Of a stretch of DNA of 64,000 nt, positions 23,301 through 35,300 are shown piece after piece. The stretch is from Callorhinchus milii (Eukaryota), in assembly GCF_018977255.1 (NCBI RefSeq), contig NW_024704759.1, positions 5,332,001-5,396,000 on the forward strand. The letters run 5' to 3'. The notes under the pieces were generated by a model. It saw nothing but the letters and a program-made list of their open reading frames with translations, ran no database searches and had not been told where the DNA came from. The position numbers were made by a program, and so were the translations under genes. Position 1 is the stretch's first letter. The number at the start of each line of letters is the position of its first letter.

Positions 23301-26300
23301 TTTTTTTTAATGGCTTGTTTTTGTGAAGCCAAAGGCATCAAAGAGGAAGGTCTTGAGGTGGACCTGAAGGCACACCGATGGCCGGGGGAGTTGTGGGTTG
23401 CACTGCAGACCTGTCCCAGCCTGACCAAAGGGGGTGGGCCGAGGATTGAGGTATGAGCAGGTCGGAGAGGTAGGGTGGTGCTCGTGTGTGATGGGATTTG
23501 TATGTGAAGGTGAGGATCTTGAAATCAATGATTTGGGAGACGCAGTCAGTGGAGCATGGCCTGGATTGTGCTGATGGCCGTGCAGAGTTTGATATGGGTG
23601 AGGACGTGAACAGTGGAGTTTTGGATAAGCTGGACCTTGTTGATGGTGGAATTGCAGAGTCCAGTGAGGGGTGCATTGGAGAAGTCGAGGCGGGACGTGA
23701 CAAAGACTGGATGAGGGTTTCAGTGGGGGTTGGATTGAGATAGAGTCGAAGGCGGGCAATTTAGCAGAGGTGGATAAAAGCAGTCTGGTCAGGGACTATA
23801 TGTGGGTGAGGAAGGACAGCTGGTGGAACCGGACACCAAGGTTGTTTACAGGTTCAGTGAGATTGAGAGAGAGGCCAGAGAGAAGAGACAGAGTTTAAAC
23901 CCTGAGGTACATCGCAGGTGATCATGCAAGGGCGGTAGGAGAAACCTTTGGAAGAGAAAGTGGAAGCAATGGGTCAGGAAGGAATTAAACTATGAGATTG
24001 CACTCCTAATGGAAGTGGATGAGGGAGGAGAGACAATTGAGGAGGATGGATAATCATAACGCACTATTCAAATGCAAGTTCTTGAATATAATCAATCATT
24101 TTCTGATTTTTCTGGTCATTTTTACCAACCATTGTCAATACAATGTATTTTATTAAAGTTCTTGCCTTAGATTTCTTTTTGTCTAAGTAATAAATTTATA
24201 TCACCTTCCTTGTTTCAGTTCTAATGTTCTTGTAGCAATCGAAAGTGTCATCAAAGAGGTACTGACATATTTTGCGAAGGGAGAAGCAGCAGTTATCACG
24301 TTGGACAAAAGATCATCATGGGAAAATATTTGGTATATTCTAATATTTATGTGATTCTTCAAGTGTTATAAATTGCATATGATTATTTAGTATGCTTATT
24401 GATAGTTGGAATGTAATTACAAAGTTGGAGCTCATTTAAAGGGTCCAGAAGATGATACAAGTTGTGGAACTTGAAAATTTTCACACACCTTTCTGTCTCA
24501 CACTTCCTCTAGAACTTTTGCACTCACACAAACCTCATTTGGTAACTTCTGCAGGATTTAACCTACATACCCTGTGAGAGATTTTCATATTGGGTTGGAA
24601 TTTACTAAAGGAAATTCAGAATCCCTAATGGAGATTGCTGCTGCTTTATGGTAACCAGGTCGGTAGGGTTGAAGGGGATCGCAGAGATTGGGGTGAGATG
24701 TAGAGAGATTTCAAAATGAGAACTGGGATCTTGAAATTGATCATCTGGGAGATAAGACAGTTAAACCAAGCTAGGATGGGGATGACAAGCTTGTAGAGTT
24801 CACTGCAGGAGAAGATTCAGGCTGCAGAGTTCTGGATAGTCTACTGCCTATGTAAGGAAGAGCAGGGGAATCTGGCACACAGCGCATTGGCATAGTGGAA
24901 CCTGGATGTGATAAAGCATGGATGGATCTAGCCCGAGGGAAAAGGCAGTGGCAATGTTTCAGAGGTGAGAAAAAGCTGAATAGGCAAGAGCAAAATAACT
25001 CGCCAGCTTGTTCTGTTGACATGATGTATGTGGAACTTTGAAACTACAAGAAAAAAAGGACATTCATTGTAAGATATACTAATTATTCTATTGTTGCATG
25101 TTAACAGGTTTGATGACACAGTTGGCTTGCAGATGGTATTTGATTGCACTGTAACCAAAGTGAAGTGTGAGAATCTCAAATCAATGCAACGATTTGGTAT
25201 GTATTGTATCAGATTTTCTCATTGATGTGTAGCATGTCATGCATGCATTTGATTTCATCACATCAAAATGCTTCACATTCTGGAAGGAGTAAGGAGTGGG
25301 GAATAAATACTGACACAGAATGGTTGGGCCAAATGGACTGTTTCTGTGCTGTACAGTCTACGTAAGTGTGATTCTCGGCAAGCAAACATAATATCTGATT
25401 TGTACCAGCGCAGTTCTACAAAAAGGAAGAAGTAAACAAATACAATAGCAGTGATATTGCCTGAATTGTGTCTGTGAAACCTTGATTGTGCAAATTGGCT
25501 GCATTTACCTTCAAATAGTTAGTCACTATGTTTGACAGTAAATATCCATGAACATCTCTAACAAAGTGACCTCAAAATTGAGAGAAAGTGCTCTGTGAAG
25601 CTACTATTTAGTGAACAGTGACATTTAGCACCCATTGTGGGGCTGTCAGAGGATAAGACACTAAAAACAAAATTATTGTCTTGTCTACCAATTGCCAAAA
25701 CTGGATCACCATACCCTGCAGAGGAGAGCTCTCTATTAAAAAATCTTGTAGGAAAACTACCTCGTCAGAGAAAGTAGAGTTAGTACTAGGATCAAGGAAC
25801 TAAGACAATAAAGACATAACTAAAATCCTCATAGGAAAACTCTTTAAGAGAAACAGCTGATACTAAAGTAAGATAGAACTATGGAGGAAGGACATTCCGA
25901 GCAAATTCTTGTAAGTGCCCAGGAGTGGGCGGTGTTATCTTCTACATTTGTCCTCTGCTCCCTCCCTCCCTCTCTCCCTCAGTCCTTCCTTTCTTCTCTC
26001 CCTCCTACCTCACTCACTTACAACGCTTTTGCTGTGCTTTGCTATTTTTTCTCCTCCTGCATCCCCCCACCCCATTGCCACCCCCCCCTCCCACACGCCC
26101 TCCCCAACAGCTCGGGTGCTCAGGTCCAGTGTGAAGCAATTTGAGAATGTGAAACGTGCTATAGAAGTGTAAATTGAATTGTATAGTAATAAATGTTTTT
26201 CTTCCAGCTTTAATACTTAAGATCCTATCGATGATCTACAAGCTGGTGCAGAGCAACACGTATGCAACTAAGAGGTGACAGAACATTAAATCAGTTACTG

Positions 26301-29300
26301 TGATCTGAGTGTATGTATGACTGTAGAATACCTTTTGGTATGGAGGACATGGAGGAACATGTATTAGCCTGGCTCATCAATGTGTGCCAGAACGGCTTTG
26401 TTTGCTCGTGCGTGGCGTGGGGAGTGTTGGGATCACGAGTGGAAAATCAGCTTTGTCTGCTGGTGAGTGAACCACGATAGAAAGACAAGCTGCGTGACAC
26501 TTATTTGCTCTGTGCCCAGCCTAAACTGAGCTATTCAAATTAACATTTTTGTATACTGTACAATTCAAATTAACATTTTTAGTATTTTAAACATAGCTAC
26601 ATGTCTAGTATTTTCAATAAAGTGAAAAACTGTAGCTTAGAGAATGAGAAAATCTGATATAATACATACCAGCAAAATGCGTCTCTCAATAGCACCAATC
26701 AACCCTCCGCAATTCCCTGCAAAATTTATCACACCTCCGCCACAATTTCCTGTACTCCCAGGGGTCAAATGACCCACAATTTTTGGTAAATATTTCCGCA
26801 ATTTTCTATTGGCCCAACTTATAACTTATCACTACATGCTGAAATATAATTGGGGCACTACAATAATGCATACCTTTTAGGTATAAGTTAATTGAAGTTT
26901 TTTAACTTAGTTAGCTGGGAGTAGTTTGAACTGAAAAGTATTCTTCCCCAACTTACCTCTCCTTCAGGAATATTTGATTGTGAGAGAAAATCGGATCCCA
27001 GCATTTCACTATCTGGTGGATTACATTGCTTCAGTTTGGAGTATGTGTCTCTATCAAGAAACTGGGTGCATTTCATAGTTTAATTAATAAGACTGTCAAA
27101 AATATAGTCTACTTTTCTTACTCGGATGCTCTTTATTGCAGAGACTTGTTTTACAGTGACACACAAGTGTTTGGCTCACAGAGCGTCCTGGATGCTATTA
27201 TCAATGATATATCGTGCCTGCTAAAAGTGCCACGCAGGTATCTTCATATTGTAAGTACTTACTGCGCTCACATTTCTTTTCCTGCATAACATATGGATAT
27301 ACATTAAAAATATTTTAAAACACGTAGTTTAGGAACTCGTTTCAGTGAAATAACAAAAAAGTTTCAAAAGAACTGGAGTATTACATTCGTGACTTTTTAA
27401 GCATTTAATGTGATAATTAACCCAGCAATAATTTAAGCGCCTTGGGATGTCTCCCGACATGAAAGGCACTTTACAAATGTAATTTTATATTGTATCAAGA
27501 GCAAAGGGAGTTGAATCATTGAATTTGTGATCAGGACTCTGAATCCATGCTTCTCATTTGCTTAAAAAGAAATCTTGGCAGTGAACAAAGTGGTTTTAGA
27601 TTTAAAATTATTGCCAGCTGTGGGTGCAGATTTAACCCTGTTTCACCAGATAGTGTTTTAAAATTAAAAAGATTAAAAACTAAAATAAAAAGTTAAAACT
27701 CCTAAGCGGCCTGAATAAAGGCTTTTCTAATCCTTGCTACAATAGATAGGTTTTAAGGTCATATTTTTATTGCATTTTCTGTTCTTATAATTATCACCAA
27801 CAATTTATCACACCAGCAAGTGCATTTTCTCCTCATCTGTTAAAAAAAGATACAATTTTGATCCTATGCTTCTGCAAGATTGGATTTTTTTTAATGCAAA
27901 CCTTGAATTTCTCAATAATTGCTAATACATACATTTAGGTGAAGACAGAACAGTTGATTGGGTTGTGAAACGTTTGTAGTGTGAATGAATAGGTAGACGT
28001 GAGCTTCATGATTTGGACCATATGACAGTAAGCCAAGATATAAATTTATTTATGTATTGGGATATACAATTAACTTTTTCACTGAAATGACCAACACATG
28101 GAAATTAGTGTATTGCTCTCATTTCCATATTATTTTAGAAATCCTAAAAGTAATTGTTGGAATTCTGAAAATAAAATAAATTCTTAAAATCTCACAACAG
28201 GGCAATCAGCATCAAAAAAGGTTAGCATTTCAGACATGGTCATTCATTAGAAATGATACTGATTGATTGACAATCTAGATTTTCAGCATTTTGGATGTAT
28301 TAGTGTTCTGTTTTATGAAAAATAATCCTGGCATTTGATGTAGCGCTTTTTCACATCTTCGAGACGTCTCAAAGTGCTTTGCAGAATATACTGTAAAGTG
28401 AATTGACGGTATATTTGTGGGCGAAACACAGCAGCCATTTGCACACAGCAGTGTTCCACAAACAGTCGTCGATTGAGTGACCAAATTATTATTGTTTTTT
28501 TTTTCTTGAGGGATTATTATCAGGCGTGTGGAGTAAGGAAACTTGCCCAAGGTTTTGCCCTGCCGGAAATTGAACACATGTCTCGCTTGCGAAGTGAATG
28601 CTCTGACTACTGAGCTACAGGACTCAATTTTTCTTTGTATTCTTTGTTTCAGTTATCTACCGCTAGAGGTTACATTGCTGGCGATCTATATTACACTGAA
28701 GAAGATGGGACTAGGGTGAACTGTTCCTGCAACTCTACTGTAAGTGGCCAAACAATCATATAAAGGGGAATAATAATAACAACAATTAGTGCATTAGCAT
28801 TTTGAATACTTTTAGCAAAGAGCATTACTTCTAAACTTTGTCTCCTTCAAAAATAAATCACCAGAGCAAACAACTCTGACCCTATTATGACATAATAATA
28901 TTTGCATTTGATATAGCGCCATATCAGGTCATTCAAGAAAAAAAAATTCTTCTCACCTCCCCTCTTTCTTTTAACAACACTTTCAAATCAGTGCCCTCGG
29001 GATCCTGACCCATTTGTCAGTGGAAATAGTTTCTCCTCGTTCACCCTATCGAATAACTTCAGAACTTTGAAAACTTCTATTAAGTCTCCTCTTAATTTTC
29101 TCTGCTCGAAGAAAATCCCAGCTTCTCTAGCCTCTCCTGATAACGGAAATCCTTCATTCCTGCTTCCACCCTCAACTCCAGGACCACTGCTGTCCTGACA
29201 GACTGCCTGTCAGACATCAAGTCCTGGATGAGGGCAAATTTCCTACAGTTGAATGTGAACAAGACTGAGGCCCTCCTGATTGGCTCACGCCAGCGCCTCT

Positions 29301-32300
29301 GCACCTCAGGCTCTGGCAGCATCAACCTCCATGGTTGCACACTTTAATTCACCAGCCAGTCAGGAACCAAGGTGTCTTGTTCGACTCTCAACTGTCTTTT
29401 CTTCCCCACATCCAAGCCATGACTCGCTCTGCCTTCCCTCACCTCCGTAACATTGCCCGACTCCGCCACTACGTCACTTCAGGCCGCTGAAACTCTTGTT
29501 CATGCCTTCATCACATCCAGACTCAACTATGCAAACCCCCTGCTTGTCGGCCTTCCCAACTCCTCCCTCCACAGGCTGCAGATAATCCCCCATTCTCGCC
29601 TGACTCCATTGGCTCCCTATCCTTCAGAGGATCTAGTTCAAGATCCTGGTCCTCACCTACAAAGCCCTCCACGGCCTCGCCCCACCCTAACTCTGCGACC
29701 TCCTAACCCCCTACTAACCCACCCGCTCAGCCAGCTCTGGCCTGCTCCACGTCCCCCGACCCACCCGCCCCACCATTGGCGAGAGAGCCTTCAGCCACTC
29801 TGCCCCCAACCTCTGGAATTCCATCCCCCAATCACTCCACCTCGCCCCCTCCTCAGCTCCTTCGAGTCCCGTCTCAACACCCTCCTCTTCAACCATGCCA
29901 TCGGCCACCCATCTTCCCTTCCCCTCCCTTCTGCCCCCCCCCCGACCCCTGCTCGAGTCTGAAATGTTGTACATTGTCCAGAGACTTGGGACACCCTCCT
30001 GACATGAAAGGAACTATACAAATGTAATCTTCTTGTTGTTGAGAATGCTCATTTGCCAGGAATTCTTAATTGTTGTAAAGAAAAATATCTGTAGACTGAC
30101 TCCAAAAAGTTAATACAGGGTGACCAAAACGTTGTGATGCCATTACAATGTCTAATAAGTCTTAAATAAATGATATATATATTTTTAGATAATAGGGTAA
30201 TTATCACAATTTTTTGGTCACCCTGTACTTGTAATACCTTAAGAATTATGATATTGAAAAATATGAAGTACTGAATTTTAGTTCAATAAAAATTATGACT
30301 TTTATATTCCTAGGCCATTCTCGTACCATCCAATGTTGACGGAGTAAAATGTATCCTTTATACAGTATATGTATATTTAGCGTTTCGTGTAGCGTTTCAT
30401 TTATGTGGAAAGAATTATTTCATGAGTAAAATGTGCTTGGATTTCTCATTTTATGATTAGCACCTCAATAGCTGTATAGAACAATTAAAAGATAATCACA
30501 AATACATACATTATTCAAATATCTTAAGGTTCACTGAGGTATATGGTGCATTGGGGTGGGAAGGTGGTGAGGTCTCACCTCATTCCAAAGGCAAGATCAT
30601 TTTTTATATTTTGGGTAAAAACGTACAAATTTATTTCTGTTGCAGGTAATTTTGTGTGCAGTTATTGCATTAAATCAAATAGTATTAATAATTTTATGCT
30701 TTGTCTCTTGCCTGGATACGTGTTTCATATCATCCCTGCGTCAACTGACAGGGTCTCCCTCATCTCCAAACCTGAGTCAGTCTATCCCCTACTCCTCTGG
30801 CTCTTTCTCCTCCTTCAATCGCCTCACCCTTTACCATCCTTTCTTTCTCTCCAGAAGACCATAAGACATAGGAGCCATTCGGCCCCTCGAGCCTGCCCTC
30901 TGATCTTCTAACCTAATTCCATTTACCCGCACTATCCCCATATCCCTCTATCTTTTAGAAATCTCCTTGAAAATCTTAGTAATCTCAATTGCATGTAGAC
31001 ATTTGCAGCACATGGGACCATGCCAGAAGGGACAAGAAGTGTCTGTGCAACTGCTAACCATTTTCTTTACCATAACCTGCAAGATTTAAATTCTACTGCT
31101 AAATTTGTTCTCATTGTTGAGAAAGATGCCACCTTCCAGAGGCTGTTGGATGATGCGTTTTGCACAAAATTGTCCCCATGTATAATTATAACTGTAAGTG
31201 CCAGAAAATATATGTCATACTGCTGCTGAGAGAGATGGTTCTGATGCAATTAATCAATAGACGTAGACTTTTGGTGCACATTTTAAATTGGCAGAAGGTT
31301 AACCAAATTTCACATGAGGTTTACATTTCAAACTGTTACGCTGATCTCTATTGTTTACAAGCACTTTTTTGTAACCTCTTTTATATGCCAGCTGCTCATT
31401 GCTTCATTTCTTGACTTGCTGAATCCTCGATCTGCTTGGAGTATAATTATATGCACGCCACAGATCTTTTATACCTTTACAATATGAATTAAGTCAAGAC
31501 TGCTTTCCATTATCAATTAATGTTGACATCGGAATGGAATACTGATACATCCAAGAGGAAATATTGTGGCTACATTCCAATACCTAAATCCTATATTCCT
31601 GTGGCAAATACTTGTCTTTATTTGACAACAGCCCACAGTGCCATGATTGAAATCAATATTAAGAATGACCTAGGGAACTGATCATTGTTGAAGCACTCCA
31701 GAGGGAAGCTTTACTATGCATCTAGCTTATGGGATACATGACTTGGAAGAGCTTGATGCTGATACTGGATTATTCATTTTCATATACAGTTTATCAGAAT
31801 TGTTTTGTGTTTTTTTTTAAATTGCCTATGTTCACTGTGGCTTTTAGGGGAAAGGAGTACCAGATCTAAACACCAGACTGATGGTCCGAAAGCTGTGGGA
31901 CACACTCCATATTCCTGTTTTTGCCCTTGTGGATGCTGACCCATATGGTAATTGCTATTATACATAAATACTATCTGTTTTTTAAAAAAAACTTGTATTT
32001 TTATAGAGCCTAATCATGTTAAAAAGCCTCAAAGGTGACACAGTTAATACAGTCAAACTCTGTTATACCACAAATCAGTATATGTGCAGCAGTGAGGAGG
32101 GGAGAATTTGTTTATATCTTTGTGAATCTGTGTTACACCACATGTTAGGTACAGTGAACTGAGCTGGTTGGCTTTCTGTGCATGGTGTGCAGGTGCAGAG
32201 GCCTGCAAACATCCTAGTGACCACTGGAAATGCTCGCAAAAGCATTGGACACAATCGGAGTGAGTCGATCAGTTAAGACTAGAAGCTGGAAATGACATCA

Positions 32301-35300
32301 GCAGTGACCTAACAACCTGGAACCACTGACCAGTGTCCAATTTTATAATGTAGCCCTATAACAAGGGTCTGATTTCATGGACCCAGACACCAGTGCTATA
32401 AAGGAGTCTGATTACATTAATACAAACTAGCATGTTTTGGAGCTAGTTCAAATTGGATGTTTAAATTTTTTCTACAAAGCTAGATTACGCAAAGGGGACT
32501 AATACTACAGAAGAAAGCCTAGCATGTTCGCATCTGTTTTAGGAAATACTTTATATTCTTTGTAATAAATCATTTAATTATATTTTGGTTGTGTTTAGGT
32601 ATTGAAATCATGTGCATTTACAAGTATGGCTCAATGGTAAGTGTTTATTAAACCAACATATGTGATTGCTGTTTATATTTCAACATACTTCCCTGAATAA
32701 AGAAGATACAGTGAAATTTGTTTAATTAAATATCAGATAATTGAACAGTTTGGTTTATTGAATGGAATTTAGAAGTCCCAAACCATTTGTTCGCCTAATT
32801 TCGGGGGTGGGGGTGGGCGGGCGAGCGAGCATCTTAGAGCACTTAAAAAGGGTGATAGATATACAATATGGAGTCCTGTAGCTCAGTGGTTAGAGCACTT
32901 GCTTTGCAAGTGAGAGACCTGAGTTCAATTCCAGGCAGGGCGAAACCTTGGGCAAGTTTCCTTACTCCACACAGAGCCTAATAATAATCCCTCCAAAACC
33001 AAAAAAAAACAATATTAAAAAATTGGTCATTTTCAATCTACGACTGTTTGTGGGACATTGCTGTGCGCAATTGGCTGCCGCGTTCACCCACAAATATACA
33101 GTCAATTCACTTTACAGTTTATTCTGTGAAGCGCTTTGGGACGTCCTCCCGACGTGAAAAGCGCTATATCAAATGCAAGGATTATTATTAATATCTCTTT
33201 TGGTATTTATGTATATAGAGGAATAGTGAGGAATTAAGATTTAAATATCTCTCACGACCTAATAAAAAATTGGCAGAACAGGCTTGATCGTTACATATCT
33301 TACTCCTGTTCCTGTGTTCCTAATACGTAAGGATATTCCAAATTAACTTGGGTTTTGGTGTTACATGTACTAAGAAACCGTTAATTCTATTTTTTGTTTT
33401 TCACCTATTAGTCTATGTCTTTTGAAGCCCACAATCTCACTGTTCCAATTATCCGCTGGCTGGGCTTACTTCCATCTGATATTCAAAGGTCAGTAGCTTC
33501 AATAGCTCTGTTAAGCCAAACACAAAATACTGCAGATACTGGAAATCTGAAAACAAAATCCGAACGCTGAGTGTCCCCAGCGACTTCTGTTTTCGTTCTC
33601 TGTTAAGCTGGTTTGCTACAGTACTCATATTTCTACTGAGAATGTTTTTTGTGTGCTATTGGGGTTAAAATTTGCAACCTAAATTAGCTAATTACAACTG
33701 TGTTACAACTCCTGTTGGTTTCCTGATAACTCACCAGAGAGCAGCTTCAACATGCCAGAAGATAGACACATTTCTGGTTGTGATTTGGAGTTGCTATTTA
33801 GTGCTGTACGCTTTAACCCTCAAAGGCATACATTGATTCTGATTTAAGGAGTGCTGGAATGAATTTATCATGTTTCAGAAATTCAGGGCCGAATGGCCTT
33901 CTTCTGTGCTGTGATTGTCTGTGGTTCCATATTGCAGATTCACTGACAGCATTCATGTTACATTATTGTAGAAGGGCACAGTTTTGTGTCAATTACATAG
34001 AATTACATACACTGTACAGCACTGAAATAGGCCTTTTGGCCCAAGTAGTCCTTGATGTTTTTTGTATTCCAATGAGTCTGTGCAAAGAAGTTCCTCCTGA
34101 ATTCTCTTTTATTGATCTTCTAGTCGCTATCTAATATTTACATTTGACAACAACAAATTACAAGAAATAATATCATACTTTATTACTCAATGTAATGGAT
34201 ACAGAACTAGCTGGCACACAGAAATGAGAGAGTGATGAACGGTTGTTTTTCTGACTGGAAGGAAGTGTGCATTGGTGTACCCCAGGGTTTGGTATTGGGA
34301 CCACTGCTGTTTTTGATCTATATAAATGACTTGGACTTGGGTATAGGGAGTACAATTTCCAAGTTTGCAGATGTTACTAAGCTAGGAAAAGTAGTAACAG
34401 TGAGGAGGATAGTAGCAGACTGCAAGAGGACATAGACAGACTGGTAAAATGGACATGTGGCAGATGAAGTTTAATGTGGAGAAATGCAAAATGATGCATT
34501 TTGGGAGGAAGAATGAGGAGAGGCAATATAAGCTGATGGTACAGTCTTAAAGGGGGTGAAGGAACAGAGAGACCTGAGGGTTCATATAAGTAAATCTTTG
34601 AAGGTGGCAGGACAGGGAGATAAAGCTGTTAAAAAAGCACACGGGATACAAGGCTTTATAAACAGGGGCATAGAATACAAAGTCAGGAAGTTATGATGAA
34701 CCTTTGTAAAACACTGGTTAGGCCTCAGCAAGAGACTGTGTTCAGTTCTGGGCACCATACTTTAGGAAGGATGTCAAGGCATTGGAGAGGGTGCAAAGGA
34801 GATTTACCAGGATGGTACCAGGAATGAGGGACTTCAGTTATAAGCAGATGCTAGAAAAGCTGGGATTATTCTCCTTGGAGCAGAGATGGTTAAAGGGAGA
34901 TTTAATAGTGTTCAAAATTAATAGAATGTTTAAAATTACAAGGGGGTTCGTTGGGGTGAAGAAGGAGAAACTATTTCCACTGGCGGGTGGATCGGTAATA
35001 ATAATAATAATAATAATCCTTGCATTTGATATAGCGCTTTTCACGTCGGGAGGACGTCCCAAAGCGCTTCACAGAATAGACTGTAAAGTGAATTGACTGT
35101 ATATTTGTGGGCGAACGCGGCAGCCAATTGCGCACAGCAATGTCCCGTGGACACTGATTTAAAATAGTTGTTAAAAGAAACAGAGGGGAGGTGAGAGAAA
35201 TTTTTTCACACAACGAGATCTGGAATACATTGCCTGAAAGGGTGGTTGAAGCCGATTCCATAACTACTTTTAAGGGAGACATAGATAATTATCTGGGGAT

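Noticed and set aside
32870-32942. tRNA gene (Ala/Cys-like cloverleaf with A and B boxes; also at 18185, 28625, 38272 and 50189)
   Set aside because: There is no proper acceptor stem, and the sequence continues into a shared SINE body and (ATT)n tail in every copy. These are SINE heads.
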